In this document: piece after piece, positions 55,822 to 64,000 of the stretch | How positions within the stretch are numbered: the first letter of the stretch is position 1 | How the letters are laid out: each line of letters opens with the position of its first letter | DNA from: an uncultured Gemmatimonadales bacterium | GTDB taxonomy: Bacteria; Gemmatimonadota; Gemmatimonadetes; Gemmatimonadales; GWC2-71-9 | Direction: 5' to 3' | NCBI GenBank assembly: GCA_963821525.1 | Contig: CAWGED010000019.1 | Span: forward strand, 416,001-480,000 | Length of the DNA stretch: 64,000 nt | Position numbers and translations under genes: made by a program | Notes under the pieces: model-generated | What the model was told of the DNA's origin: nothing | Database searches by the model: none | Seen by the model: the letters and a program-made list of their open reading frames with translations, nothing else

Positions 55822-56784
55822 ATGCCGAAGCTCGGCGTTCTCGGCTCCCTGGTCTGGGATGTCATCTACGGACGCGACCCCGCCGCGCCACCGGTCGAGG
55901 AATGGGGCGGGATCGCGTATGCCCTGGCCGGCTTCGATGCGGCGCTTCCCGACGACTGGGAAATCGTTCCTTTGATAAAGGTAGGGAGCGACCTCCGCGA
56001 TCGCGCCGCCGATCTGATCCGCTCCCTGACTCACGTGGCGCCCGGAGCCCGATGCATCGAGGTGCCGGTGCCCAACAACCGCGTGGTCTTGCGCTACCAA
56101 TCGGCCGAGCGGCGTTGCGAGCGGATGTCGGGGGGAGTTCCCGGTTGGACCTGGGGCGAGCTGGGCCCGATGGTCCGCGACCTCGACGCTCTCTACGTCA
56201 ATTTCATCTCCGGATTCGAGATGGAGTTGGGCACCGCGCAGGCGCTGCGTCAGGCTTACCGTCGTCCGATTTACGGGGACTTGCACAGCCTCTTCCTCGG
56301 CATGCCTCAGGACGGCATCCGGGTACTCAAACCCCTGAGCGATCCGCTGGAGTGGCTTCGGTGCTTCGACGTGGTGCAGGTGAACGAGGATGAGATGCGC
56401 CAGCTCTGGCCCGATCCAATGGCGCTCGCCGCGGGCGCCATCGAGGCGGGAGTCTCCTTGCTGCTGGTAACCCTCGGTCCCCGGGGCTCCGTCTATGTTG
56501 CCGCTCCGGGATTCGACGGCTGGGCAACTCATTCGATCTCATCGACCGCCGTCCGCACCGAGCTGATCCCGGCCCCGTCGGTCGACTCGCTGGACCCGAC
56601 GGGCTGCGGCGACGTCTTCGGGGCCGCGATGATGAGCCGCCTCCTGGCGGGTGATGGCCCCCAGTCCGCAACCCGCGAGGCGACCCGCCTGGCAGCGCGG
56701 AATGCGATGCTCCGTGGAGCCAGCGACCTGGCGCGGCTGCTGCGCGGAAGGTTGGCCACTGCTTCCGCCACGAGCTCGGTATGA
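55822..56784 (+). CDS. PfkB family carbohydrate kinase
   Basis: VNEDE, VTLGPRG, DPTGCGDVFGA. Confidence 0.82.
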   Translation: MPKLGVLGSLVWDVIYGRDPAAPPVEEWGGIAYALAGFDAALPDDWEIVPLIKVGSDLRDRAADLIRSLTHVAPGARCIEVPVPNNRVVLRYQSAERRCERMSGGVPGWTWGELGPMVRDLDALYVNFISGFEMELGTAQALRQAYRRPIYGDLHSLFLGMPQDGIRVLKPLSDPLEWLRCFDVVQVNEDEMRQLWPDPMALAAGAIEAGVSLLLVTLGPRGSVYVAAPGFDGWATHSISSTAVRTELIPAPSVDSLDPTGCGDVFGAAMMSRLLAGDGPQSATREATRLAARNAMLRGASDLARLLRGRLATASATSSV

Positions 56785-57689
56785 GCCGAGTCGTCGAAAT
56801 CCCTGCATTCTTCGATGACAAGGGCTTCGAGCAATTCGCCCACTCCTTTTCCGCCGGACCGATCACCGACCGGATGCTGTTCGACGCCCGCGGGGCGCAG
56901 TGGGCGTCACCTTACGGTCTGATTGGCATGCTGACAGCAGGACAGGCCGTCAAGGAGGCAGGAGGTCCGCCCCCCGCGTTCGCGGTGCCCGAAGCCGACG
57001 AGGTCCGGCGCTACTGGGTGCGAGCGGGATTCTTCGGTCCGGCTGCCGAGTTGTTCGAGCTCCACGGCAAGGTGCCGAAAGTCAAGGTCGAAGAAATATC
57101 GGATGTGCTGCTCAGTGTGACGGCAGTGCGGGCCATGGAGGACGTGCATGGCGTGGTCGGCAGGATTCAGGAAGGGGCGGCGCGGATTCTGACCAACGAG
57201 CTTGGCCTCGAGCCGGCCGCGACCGCAAGGTTCGGCATGGCGCTTTCGGAGGCTTGTCAGAATATTGTGGAGCACTCCGGTACGAGCGGATGGGTAGCGG
57301 TCCACGCCTATACCTTCCGTCGAAGGCTCGGCGGCAGGAGAGTGGTCGTTATTGCGGTGGGAGATGCGGGAGTCGGCTTTCGCCGCTCGCTCGAAGCCAC
57401 TCAGGCTCGCCGGTTCGGCGACCGCTGGGGCGACGCCGCGGCGCTCGAGGCCGCAGTGATCCAGGAAGTCAGCCGATTTCGAGATCCTGGCCGTGGCCAG
57501 GGACTCCCGGGCATCAAGCGCTACCTCCTGCGCTGGCAGGGCAAGTTGTCCATCCGGAGCGGCACGGCGCGAATCGCCATCGTGCCGCCCTGGGATGAGG
57601 ATGTCCCAATGACCGAATCGCTGCCGCCATTTCCGGGCGCGCAGCTCCAGATCGTGATCCCCGCGAAGGAAGGTGCTCCAACCACATGA
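56781..57689 (+). CDS. STAS-like + HATPase_c (anti-sigma-kinase-like) protein
   Basis: N-box SEACQNIVEHS, VGDAGVG, GRGQGL, LSIRSG; no H-box. Confidence 0.75.
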   Translation: MSRVVEIPAFFDDKGFEQFAHSFSAGPITDRMLFDARGAQWASPYGLIGMLTAGQAVKEAGGPPPAFAVPEADEVRRYWVRAGFFGPAAELFELHGKVPKVKVEEISDVLLSVTAVRAMEDVHGVVGRIQEGAARILTNELGLEPAATARFGMALSEACQNIVEHSGTSGWVAVHAYTFRRRLGGRRVVVIAVGDAGVGFRRSLEATQARRFGDRWGDAAALEAAVIQEVSRFRDPGRGQGLPGIKRYLLRWQGKLSIRSGTARIAIVPPWDEDVPMTESLPPFPGAQLQIVIPAKEGAPTT

Positions 57690-58222
57690 TGCATACCATC
57701 CGGGTGGACCGCGTGCTGCGGGAAACGGTCAACACTTCCTATTCCGATCTCGTTACCCGGGCCACCGGTCGTGCGGTGCGCAGCAGTATCCGGCAGACTA
57801 TCGCCGGACTCGAGGGCGGCACCGCTCTCCTCGACTTTTCTTCGGTGGGGCTGGTGGACTTCAGCTGCGCCGATGAAGTCGTCGCCCAGCTGCTGCTCGA
57901 AAAGACTGACGATGTCATCGTCGTACTGGGCGGGCTGCGCGAGGATCACACTGAAACCATCGAGCATGTCCTGACGCACCACGCGCTGGCGGTGGTCGTG
58001 CAGGAATCACCCGACGGTTGTCCCCGTTTGCTGGGCCTGGTGGACCGTGAAGCCCAGGAAGTCTTCGAACGACTTCACGCGCACGGAGCCGCGGATGCCG
58101 AGACGATGGGACAGCACATGGGCTGGGATGCGGAGCGGGCTCAGGACGCGCTCGACACTCTGGTCCGGCTCCGGCTCGTCCGGCAGGAAGGACTCACGTT
58201 CGCTCCGCTTCCGCTCCCGTGA
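57686..58222 (+). CDS. STAS-like (DUF4325-like) protein with C-terminal winged HTH
   Basis: LVTRATGRAVR, LLDFSSVGLVDFSCADEV; C-terminal AQDALDTLVRLRLVRQ. Confidence 0.65.
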   Translation: MMHTIRVDRVLRETVNTSYSDLVTRATGRAVRSSIRQTIAGLEGGTALLDFSSVGLVDFSCADEVVAQLLLEKTDDVIVVLGGLREDHTETIEHVLTHHALAVVVQESPDGCPRLLGLVDREAQEVFERLHAHGAADAETMGQHMGWDAERAQDALDTLVRLRLVRQEGLTFAPLPLP

Positions 58223-59367
58223 AACGCCGCTACGGCCTGTCTACGCTGGCCATTCACGGCGACCCGCATCGCCGCCCTGACTGGACTCCTGTCGTTCCGC
58301 CTGTGATGCAGAGCAGCACCTTCACCAATCCCGTCGGTTCGGCGGAGGAGGTGATGTACTCGCGCTATGGGAACAATCCCAATCAGGTGGCGCTGGGGAA
58401 GAAGTACGCCCTGCTCGAAGGCACCGAGGCCGCCGTCTTCGTGTCGAGCGGCATGGCCGCGACCGCATTGGCGCACCTCGCGGTACTGCGCCCGGGAGAC
58501 CATCTGGTCACCAGCTCCTGGATCTACGGCGGGACCAAGCGGCTGTTCGACGAGGAATTCGGGCGCCTCGGCATCGACGTCACCTACGTGAACCCCGACC
58601 AGCCCCGCCTGTGGCGGCGGTCGGTGCGCAAGTCCACCCGCGCCATTTTCGTCGAGACGCCGACCAATCCGCTGATGCGGGTGCTCGATCTCACGCCGGT
58701 CGCTCAGATCGCCAGGGACTCGGGGCTGGCCTTACTGGTGGACGGCACCTTCGCCAGTCCGGTCAATTTCCGGCCCCTGGAGCATGGCGCGGACATCGTC
58801 ATTACCAGCGCCACCAAATACCTCAACGGGCACAGCGATGTGATCGCCGGCGCGGTCGCCGGTTCGGCGTCGCTCATTGAAGAGGTGATCAGGCTGATGA
58901 CGCTGTGGGGCCAGGCCATCGATCCCCACACTGCGTGGCTGATCGATCGCGGGATCCGCACGCTCGAAGTCCGGATGGCCCGTCACAACGAGAACGGCAT
59001 GGCGGTGGCGCAATGGGCCAGCCAGCATCCCGCCATCGTCCGGGTGCACTATCCCGGATTGCCCTCCCATCCGGAGCACGAACAGGCAAAGGAAGTGCTG
59101 AACGGGTTCGGAGGCATGGTAGGGCTCGAGATCAAGGGCGGCGTCCGCGCGACCGAGAAAATGCTGCGGAAGCTCAAGGTGATCACCCACGCACCGAGTC
59201 TCGCCGGTGTCGAAAGCCTGGTCTCCGAGCCGCGACTCACATCCCACAGCCGGCTCAGCGACGAGCAGCGGGCCAAGCTGGGCATTCCGGACGGATTCGT
59301 GCGGCTCTCCTGCGGGTTGGAGAATGCTCCGGACATCATCGCCGACCTGGAGCAGGCGCTGGGCTAG
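58219..59367 (+). CDS. Cys/Met metabolism PLP enzyme (cystathionine/methionine gamma-lyase family)
   Basis: YSRYGNNP, SSGMAA, ETPTNP, SATKYLNGHSD, SLAGVESL, RLSCGLE. Confidence 0.92.
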   Translation: MKRRYGLSTLAIHGDPHRRPDWTPVVPPVMQSSTFTNPVGSAEEVMYSRYGNNPNQVALGKKYALLEGTEAAVFVSSGMAATALAHLAVLRPGDHLVTSSWIYGGTKRLFDEEFGRLGIDVTYVNPDQPRLWRRSVRKSTRAIFVETPTNPLMRVLDLTPVAQIARDSGLALLVDGTFASPVNFRPLEHGADIVITSATKYLNGHSDVIAGAVAGSASLIEEVIRLMTLWGQAIDPHTAWLIDRGIRTLEVRMARHNENGMAVAQWASQHPAIVRVHYPGLPSHPEHEQAKEVLNGFGGMVGLEIKGGVRATEKMLRKLKVITHAPSLAGVESLVSEPRLTSHSRLSDEQRAKLGIPDGFVRLSCGLENAPDIIADLEQALG

Positions 59368-59425
59368 GTGGTAGGGAGTAGGTAGTAGGGAGTAGGGCCC
59401 CACTCCCCACCACCTACTCCCTACC
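59365..59425. repeat. Inverted heptamer-array cassette (TAGGGAG family)
   Basis: TAGGTGG TAGGGAG TAGGTAG TAGGGAG TAGGG / CCCCACT CCCCACC ACCTACT CCCTACC. Confidence 0.85.
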
Positions 59426-59458
59426 TGCGTCTCCACCAATAGCCTTATCTTCAAGCCC

Positions 59459-60149
59459 GTGATCCGCTTCACCCACGTCGACAAGCACTATTCCAAGGGC
59501 GCCGCGCTCAAGGACGTCACCCTTCACATCGCGAAGGGTGAATTCGTCTTTCTCACCGGCCATTCCGGCGCGGGCAAGTCCACCATGCTCAAGATGATGT
59601 TCGCCGAGCTGATGCCGACGAGCGGTGACGTGCGGGTGTCGGGATTCAACGTGACATGAGATCCGGCCGCGCGAGATAGCGAAACTGCGGCGCCGGCTGG
59701 GTATCGTGTTCCAGGATTTCCGGCTCCTGGAGGACCGGACCGCGGAGGAGAACGTGGCCTTCGCCCTCGAAGTGACGGGGGCCCATCGCGATGTGATTCC
59801 GTCGAAGGTGATGAGGGTGCTGACCCAGGTCGGCCTGGCCGCCAAGTCGCACGCTTATCCCACCGAACTGTCGGGGGGAGAGCAGCAACGGGTCGCGATC
59901 GCCCGGGCCCTGGTGAACGACCCCGCCATCCTCCTGGCCGACGAGCCTACCGGAAATCTCGACGAGCGGGCCACGCGCGGCGTGTTCCAGCTCATCCGGG
60001 AGATCAATGCCGGCGGAACCTGCGTCGTGATGGCCACTCACGATCTCGATCTGGTGAAACAGGCTACCTATCGCACGGTTGAGATGCGCGAAGGCGCGGT
60101 CGTGTTCGACAGTGGTACCGACGAATCAACCAGCGAGGAAGAGTTGTGA
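59459..60149 (+). CDS. ftsE: Cell division ATP-binding protein (frameshift near 59655)
   Basis: [36 protein letters not shown]. Confidence 0.92.
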
Positions 60150-61015
60150 GACTGGTCCTTCGCGAGGCGCTCAACGTCTTCCGCCGGGCGCCGGCCCTCT
60201 CGATCCTCTCCATTACCACCATCGCCTTCTCGCTGTATGTGGTCGGCCTGTTCGGCCTGGTGGCGCTCAACCTGCGCGAAGCGCTGCGCGGCGTGGAGCA
60301 GCGGGTCGAGGTCGTGGCGTACCTTCTCCGCGGAACGCCTCCGGAATCCATCGCCCAGGCCTCGGAGGACATTGCCGCATTCCCCGAAGTCCAGCGTGTC
60401 ACCTTCGTGAGTGAAGACGAAGCCTTGACCCGGGCACGAGCCGAGCTGGTCGAATTCCGTGACGCCTACCGCGACCTGGCGGTGAACCCGCTTCCGGCGT
60501 CTCTGGAGATTCAGCTCAAGGAGGGGAGCCGGGACGCGGTGCACGCGCAACAAGTGGCCGAGCGTCTTCGTGGCATCGGCTTCATTGATGACGTGCGCTA
60601 CGGCAGGGAGTGGGTGGAGAAACTGGACCGGCTGCGCAACATCGGCGGGCTGGTCGGCATGTCGATCGGGCTCGCCTTCGCAGCGGTGGCCGTGGTGATC
60701 ATCGGTGTCACGATCAGAATCACGGTGCTGCAGCGGGCCCGGGAGATCGCGATCATGCGGCTGGTGGGTGCCACCCGCGGGTTCATCAGAGGCCCGTTCC
60801 TGCTCGAGGGCGCGCTCAAGGGATTGCTGGGCGGGATCCTCGCGGTGGCCATGTGCTTCGCGAGCTACCTGCTGTTCCGGAATCAGAGCGAGCTGGCCAC
60901 CTCCGGCATCGTTTTTTTCAAGACACCCCAGATGCTGCTCGGCATTCTGTTCGGAATCGCGATCGGACTCGGCGGCAGCCTGGTGAGCGTCGGGCGTCAA
61001 CTCAAGAATGTCTAG
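60146..61015 (+). CDS. ftsX: Cell division permease
   Basis: NPLPASLEI, DVRYG, REIAIMRLVGATRGFIRGPFLLEG. Confidence 0.92.
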   Translation: MRLVLREALNVFRRAPALSILSITTIAFSLYVVGLFGLVALNLREALRGVEQRVEVVAYLLRGTPPESIAQASEDIAAFPEVQRVTFVSEDEALTRARAELVEFRDAYRDLAVNPLPASLEIQLKEGSRDAVHAQQVAERLRGIGFIDDVRYGREWVEKLDRLRNIGGLVGMSIGLAFAAVAVVIIGVTIRITVLQRAREIAIMRLVGATRGFIRGPFLLEGALKGLLGGILAVAMCFASYLLFRNQSELATSGIVFFKTPQMLLGILFGIAIGLGGSLVSVGRQLKNV

Positions 61016-62184
61016 CCGGATCCGGTGGGCGCTGGCGGTAGCGACGGGGCTCGCGATTCTGCCGTCGCGATCGCTGGTGGCCCAGCAGGATCTCGAGGAA
61101 TCACGAAGGCGGCTGGAGGAAGTCCGGCGAGAGCGGGAAAAGCTCCAGGAAGAGAGGGACCGGCTGCAGGGTCAGGTCCATGATCTCAATCAGGAGCTCG
61201 ACCTTCTTGAGCGGCAGCGGCAAAGCACCAACCGCATCGTGAACGAGCTGGAGACCCAGATCGGCGGCCTCAACAGCCACGTCGACGTCGCGAGCGCGGA
61301 GCTGGCCCTGGCGCAGGACAATCTGGCGGAAAAGCGCGCCGTTCTGACCCGCCGTCTCGTCGAGATCTACAAACGCGGCACACTCTATCCATTCCAGGTC
61401 ATCGTCGCCGCCGAGTCCTTCGGTGATCTGCTGAATCGCTACAAGTATCTCTTCCTCACCAGCCGGCAGGATCGCGCCCTCGTCACCGACGTCGAGAAGC
61501 TGCGGAACCAGGTGCAGAAGCGGCGGGGGGAGATCGTGTCGGTGCGGACCGAGCTCGATCACCGCCGTGAAGAACGGGAAGCGGAACTCAAGCGCTACGG
61601 CTCCCTGGTAGAGGAGCGATCCACCCGGCTCCGGGTGACGCGACGCTCGGCCAAGTCCAACGAGCAGACGGCTCAGTGCCCTGGACCGCGACGAGGCCCG
61701 GCTCAACGATTTGCTCGCCTCACTCGAACGGGCCCGCAAGGAACGCTCGGCAACGCCGGGAGCAGCAACTCTCACCACCGCCGACATCGGCAAACTCGAT
61801 TGGCCGGTAGACGGGGCCATTATTTACGGCTTCGGACGGCAGACGTTGCCCAGCGGAGGCGTGATCCGTCGCAATGGAATCGGGATTTCAGCAGCGGCGG
61901 GAACGCCGGTCAAGTCGGTCGAAGCAGGCAAGGTAGAATTGGTCCAGAACCTCGGTACGTACGGACTGACGGTCGTCCTGGCCCATGGCAACGGCTATCG
62001 CTCACTCTACACTCACCTGCTGGATGCCAAGGTGTCGATCGGGCAGGATGTGCTGAAGGGACAGACCATTGGCTCGGTGGGCGGAGGGAACACAGATGAG
62101 GGACCGCATCTCTATTTCGAGATCCGGGGAGAAAACGGTATCGCGCTGGACCCGGCGGACTGGTTGAGGAAGCGGAGGAAGTAG
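61008..62184 (+). CDS. envC: Murein hydrolase activator, coiled-coil + M23-like domain (frameshift near 61670)
   Basis: Long coiled coil; LDWPVDG, NGIGI, HGNGYRSLYTHL, HLYFEIR; follows ftsEX. Confidence 0.85.
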
Positions 62185-62228
62185 GCGGTCGGGTTCGGCG
62201 GTTCGGCCAACGAAGTGCGAATCGAGCT

Positions 62229-63670
62229 TTAGGCCGCCACGGTTTCCGCGGTACCGATCCGAGTGTCGGTCTGTGCTTTCCCTCGCATCAGAGCCGCTTC
62301 GACCAGGGCGAACAAGTCGGCGGTGCGGGCGGCGGAGGGATGAGGAAAGGTGACGATTCCCGCGCTGAGCCGAGGTCGCTCGCCGGCGGCGAGATCGGGG
62401 AATGGATGCTCGTCGATCCGGCGTCGCACCCGGCCGATCGAAGCGCGGGCACCGTCGAGGTCGGTTTCGGGCAGGACCAGAGCGAACTCGTCTCCCCCAT
62501 AGCGCGAAACGAAATCGGGCGCGCGAATCTCCCGTTGCAGGACCCCTCCCAGCTCCGCCATGATCCGATCCCCGGTTTCGGTGCCGAACCGTTCGTTGAA
62601 ATCCCGCAGCTGGTCGATGTCGAGCAGGATGAGACTGAAGGTGAGCGCATACCGCCGGGCTCGCTCGAACTCTTCCTGCAGCCGCCGGTCGAGCGCATCC
62701 AGATTGCCGCACCCTGTGAGCATATCGATCGTGAGGGCGCTCGCCTGGCGCCGCGCGGCGCCGGCACGTCGCTCCTCGCTCTCCAGCATCCGGGCGGCCG
62801 CTTGCAGCATCTGCCTCGGCGAAACCAACCTCATCCGCGGTAAGGTCAGGATCGCGCATGCCGAGTCCGAAGCAGAAACACCCCGACCGGCCGGCCGCGC
62901 AGCGTCATCGGCAGCGCGGCGACGCTCTTCACATCCGCCGAGACGCCGAGTTGTGCCCAGAGGGTGCGCAGCTCCGTGAAGAAAGAATGAGCCTGGAGAT
63001 CGGGGATAAAGACCGTTCGTTCGGTGCGCAGCGCCTCGCGCATTTCAGGGTAGCGGCGGAGGTCCACTCGCAGATCCCGGGTGGTAGGACTCTCGCACAC
63101 CGCGACAACGCGCCCGTACCGATCCTCGGAACCGGCCATGATGAAGGAGCACCGGGCCAACTCCAGGGCGAGGCCGACGCGGCGCACCAGAACTTCGAGG
63201 ATTTCGTCGCTGCGGGCGGCGGCCGAGAGGTCTCCCAGGATCTCGAACATCAGCTCTTGACGCCAGAGCGACCGCTGAGCCTGGTCGTCGGTCGCGCGGC
63301 GCCGGAGGCGAGCGGTGATCCTCGCGTTGAGCTCGGCAAGGTTGACCGGGCCGGCGAGAACGTCGTCGGCACCGGCCTGGAGCGTCTGGGTGACGGCTTC
63401 CGGATCAGGATCACGGAGCAGTACGAGGCGAGGAATCCCCTGCCACGCCACGCCTTGGAGCCGACCGAGAAGGGCTTCGAGCGCCTGGTCCAGCCTATGG
63501 ACGGTGATGAGGGCGATGTCGGGCGCGCGGGTGCCGACGGCGGCCAGGTGGGTATCGTCCGACTCTGCCACATGAAACCCGCCCCGGACCAGGGACCGCT
63601 CGAGTCCCTCGGGACGCACCGACGCGTCCCCGAGAAGAAGGACGCGGGGTGACCGCGGCAGTTGGATCAC
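62229..63670 (-). CDS. Diguanylate cyclase with REC-like and GAF domains (frameshift near 62845)
   Basis: AGADDVL REC-like segment, GAF (VAALPM...VGVFLL), RAPD I-site and SRYGGDEF. Confidence 0.85.
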
Positions 63671-63765
63671 GGAAGTGGGGTCGGCGGCACGGAGCGGGAG
63701 AACGTAGCCACCGCCCAAGGGGTGTCAAGCTGAAGCGGCCGCGACCTTACACCGCGACGAAAACA

Positions 63766-64000
63766 ATGCCCGTCCATGTCAATGACCTCCTCGGTGCTCA
63801 CGTTTCCACGCAGGGCGGCGTCCATACCGCGCCAGGGCGCGCGGAGGTCATCGGTGCCACGGCAATTCAGGTTTTCACCAAGACCCCGAATCAGTGGCGG
63901 GATCCGGTCATCGCCGCGGACGAGGGCAAACGATTCCGCCGGGAGTTGCGGAGAACCGGTGTGCGGGCGGTAGTTGCGCACGATTCGTACCTCATTAACC
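63766..64000 (+). CDS. nfo: Endonuclease IV, 5' partial
   Basis: Not in ORF track; hand translation MPVHVNDLLGAHVSTQGG...AIQVFTKTPNQW...VVAHDSYLIN. Confidence 0.9.
   Translation, partial: MPVHVNDLLGAHVSTQGGVHTAPGRAEVIGATAIQVFTKTPNQWRDPVIAADEGKRFRRELRRTGVRAVVAHDSYLIN

Noticed and set aside
62192..62208. GGTTCGGC x2 after envC
   Set aside because: Only two units with no convincing inverted arm; too weak to add to the cassette family.
63667..63981. Minus-strand 104-aa ORF
   Set aside because: Shadow of plus-strand nfo starting at 63766.

Overview
GC-rich bacterial chromosomal segment; gene content and style suggest Gemmatimonadota (inference, not tested). Many genes, including conserved housekeeping ones, carry 1-nt frameshifts, most simply explained as uncorrected long-read indel errors. 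Left part (1-30 kb) is accessory/metabolic: an M8-like HEMGH metalloprotease lipoprotein (partial), a polyamine ABC transporter divergent from a two-aminotransferase/mmsA/FAD-oxidase catabolic cluster, fbaB, a sulfatase, ggt, an ECF sigma + Ser/Thr kinase-TPR pair, an orphan PAS histidine kinase, tricorn protease, RidA, a cupredoxin-like lipoprotein and a stand-alone tRNA-Ile(GAU). Right part (30-64 kb) is mostly core: typA, CDF transporter, hisD/hisZ/hisG, corC-like, pdxA, two PPIases, mfd, BatA/DUF58, DUF4384-like protein, M28 peptidase, CMD protein, lepA, GT9, ROK and PfkB kinases, an HATPase + STAS-HTH pair, a Cys/Met PLP enzyme, ftsEX-envC, a diguanylate cyclase and nfo (partial). The most striking unexplained signal is a family of 8 short-tandem-repeat cassettes at gene ends. 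Seven consist of a 7-9-nt tandem array, a spacer and the inverted array; one is a single arm. Units differ between loci (two share one), and several begin in the stop codon of the upstream gene. One cassette encloses a four-helix-bundle (IVP/Avd-like) gene and two enclose a second palindrome, suggesting a loaded/empty mobile or RNA-structural cassette system.
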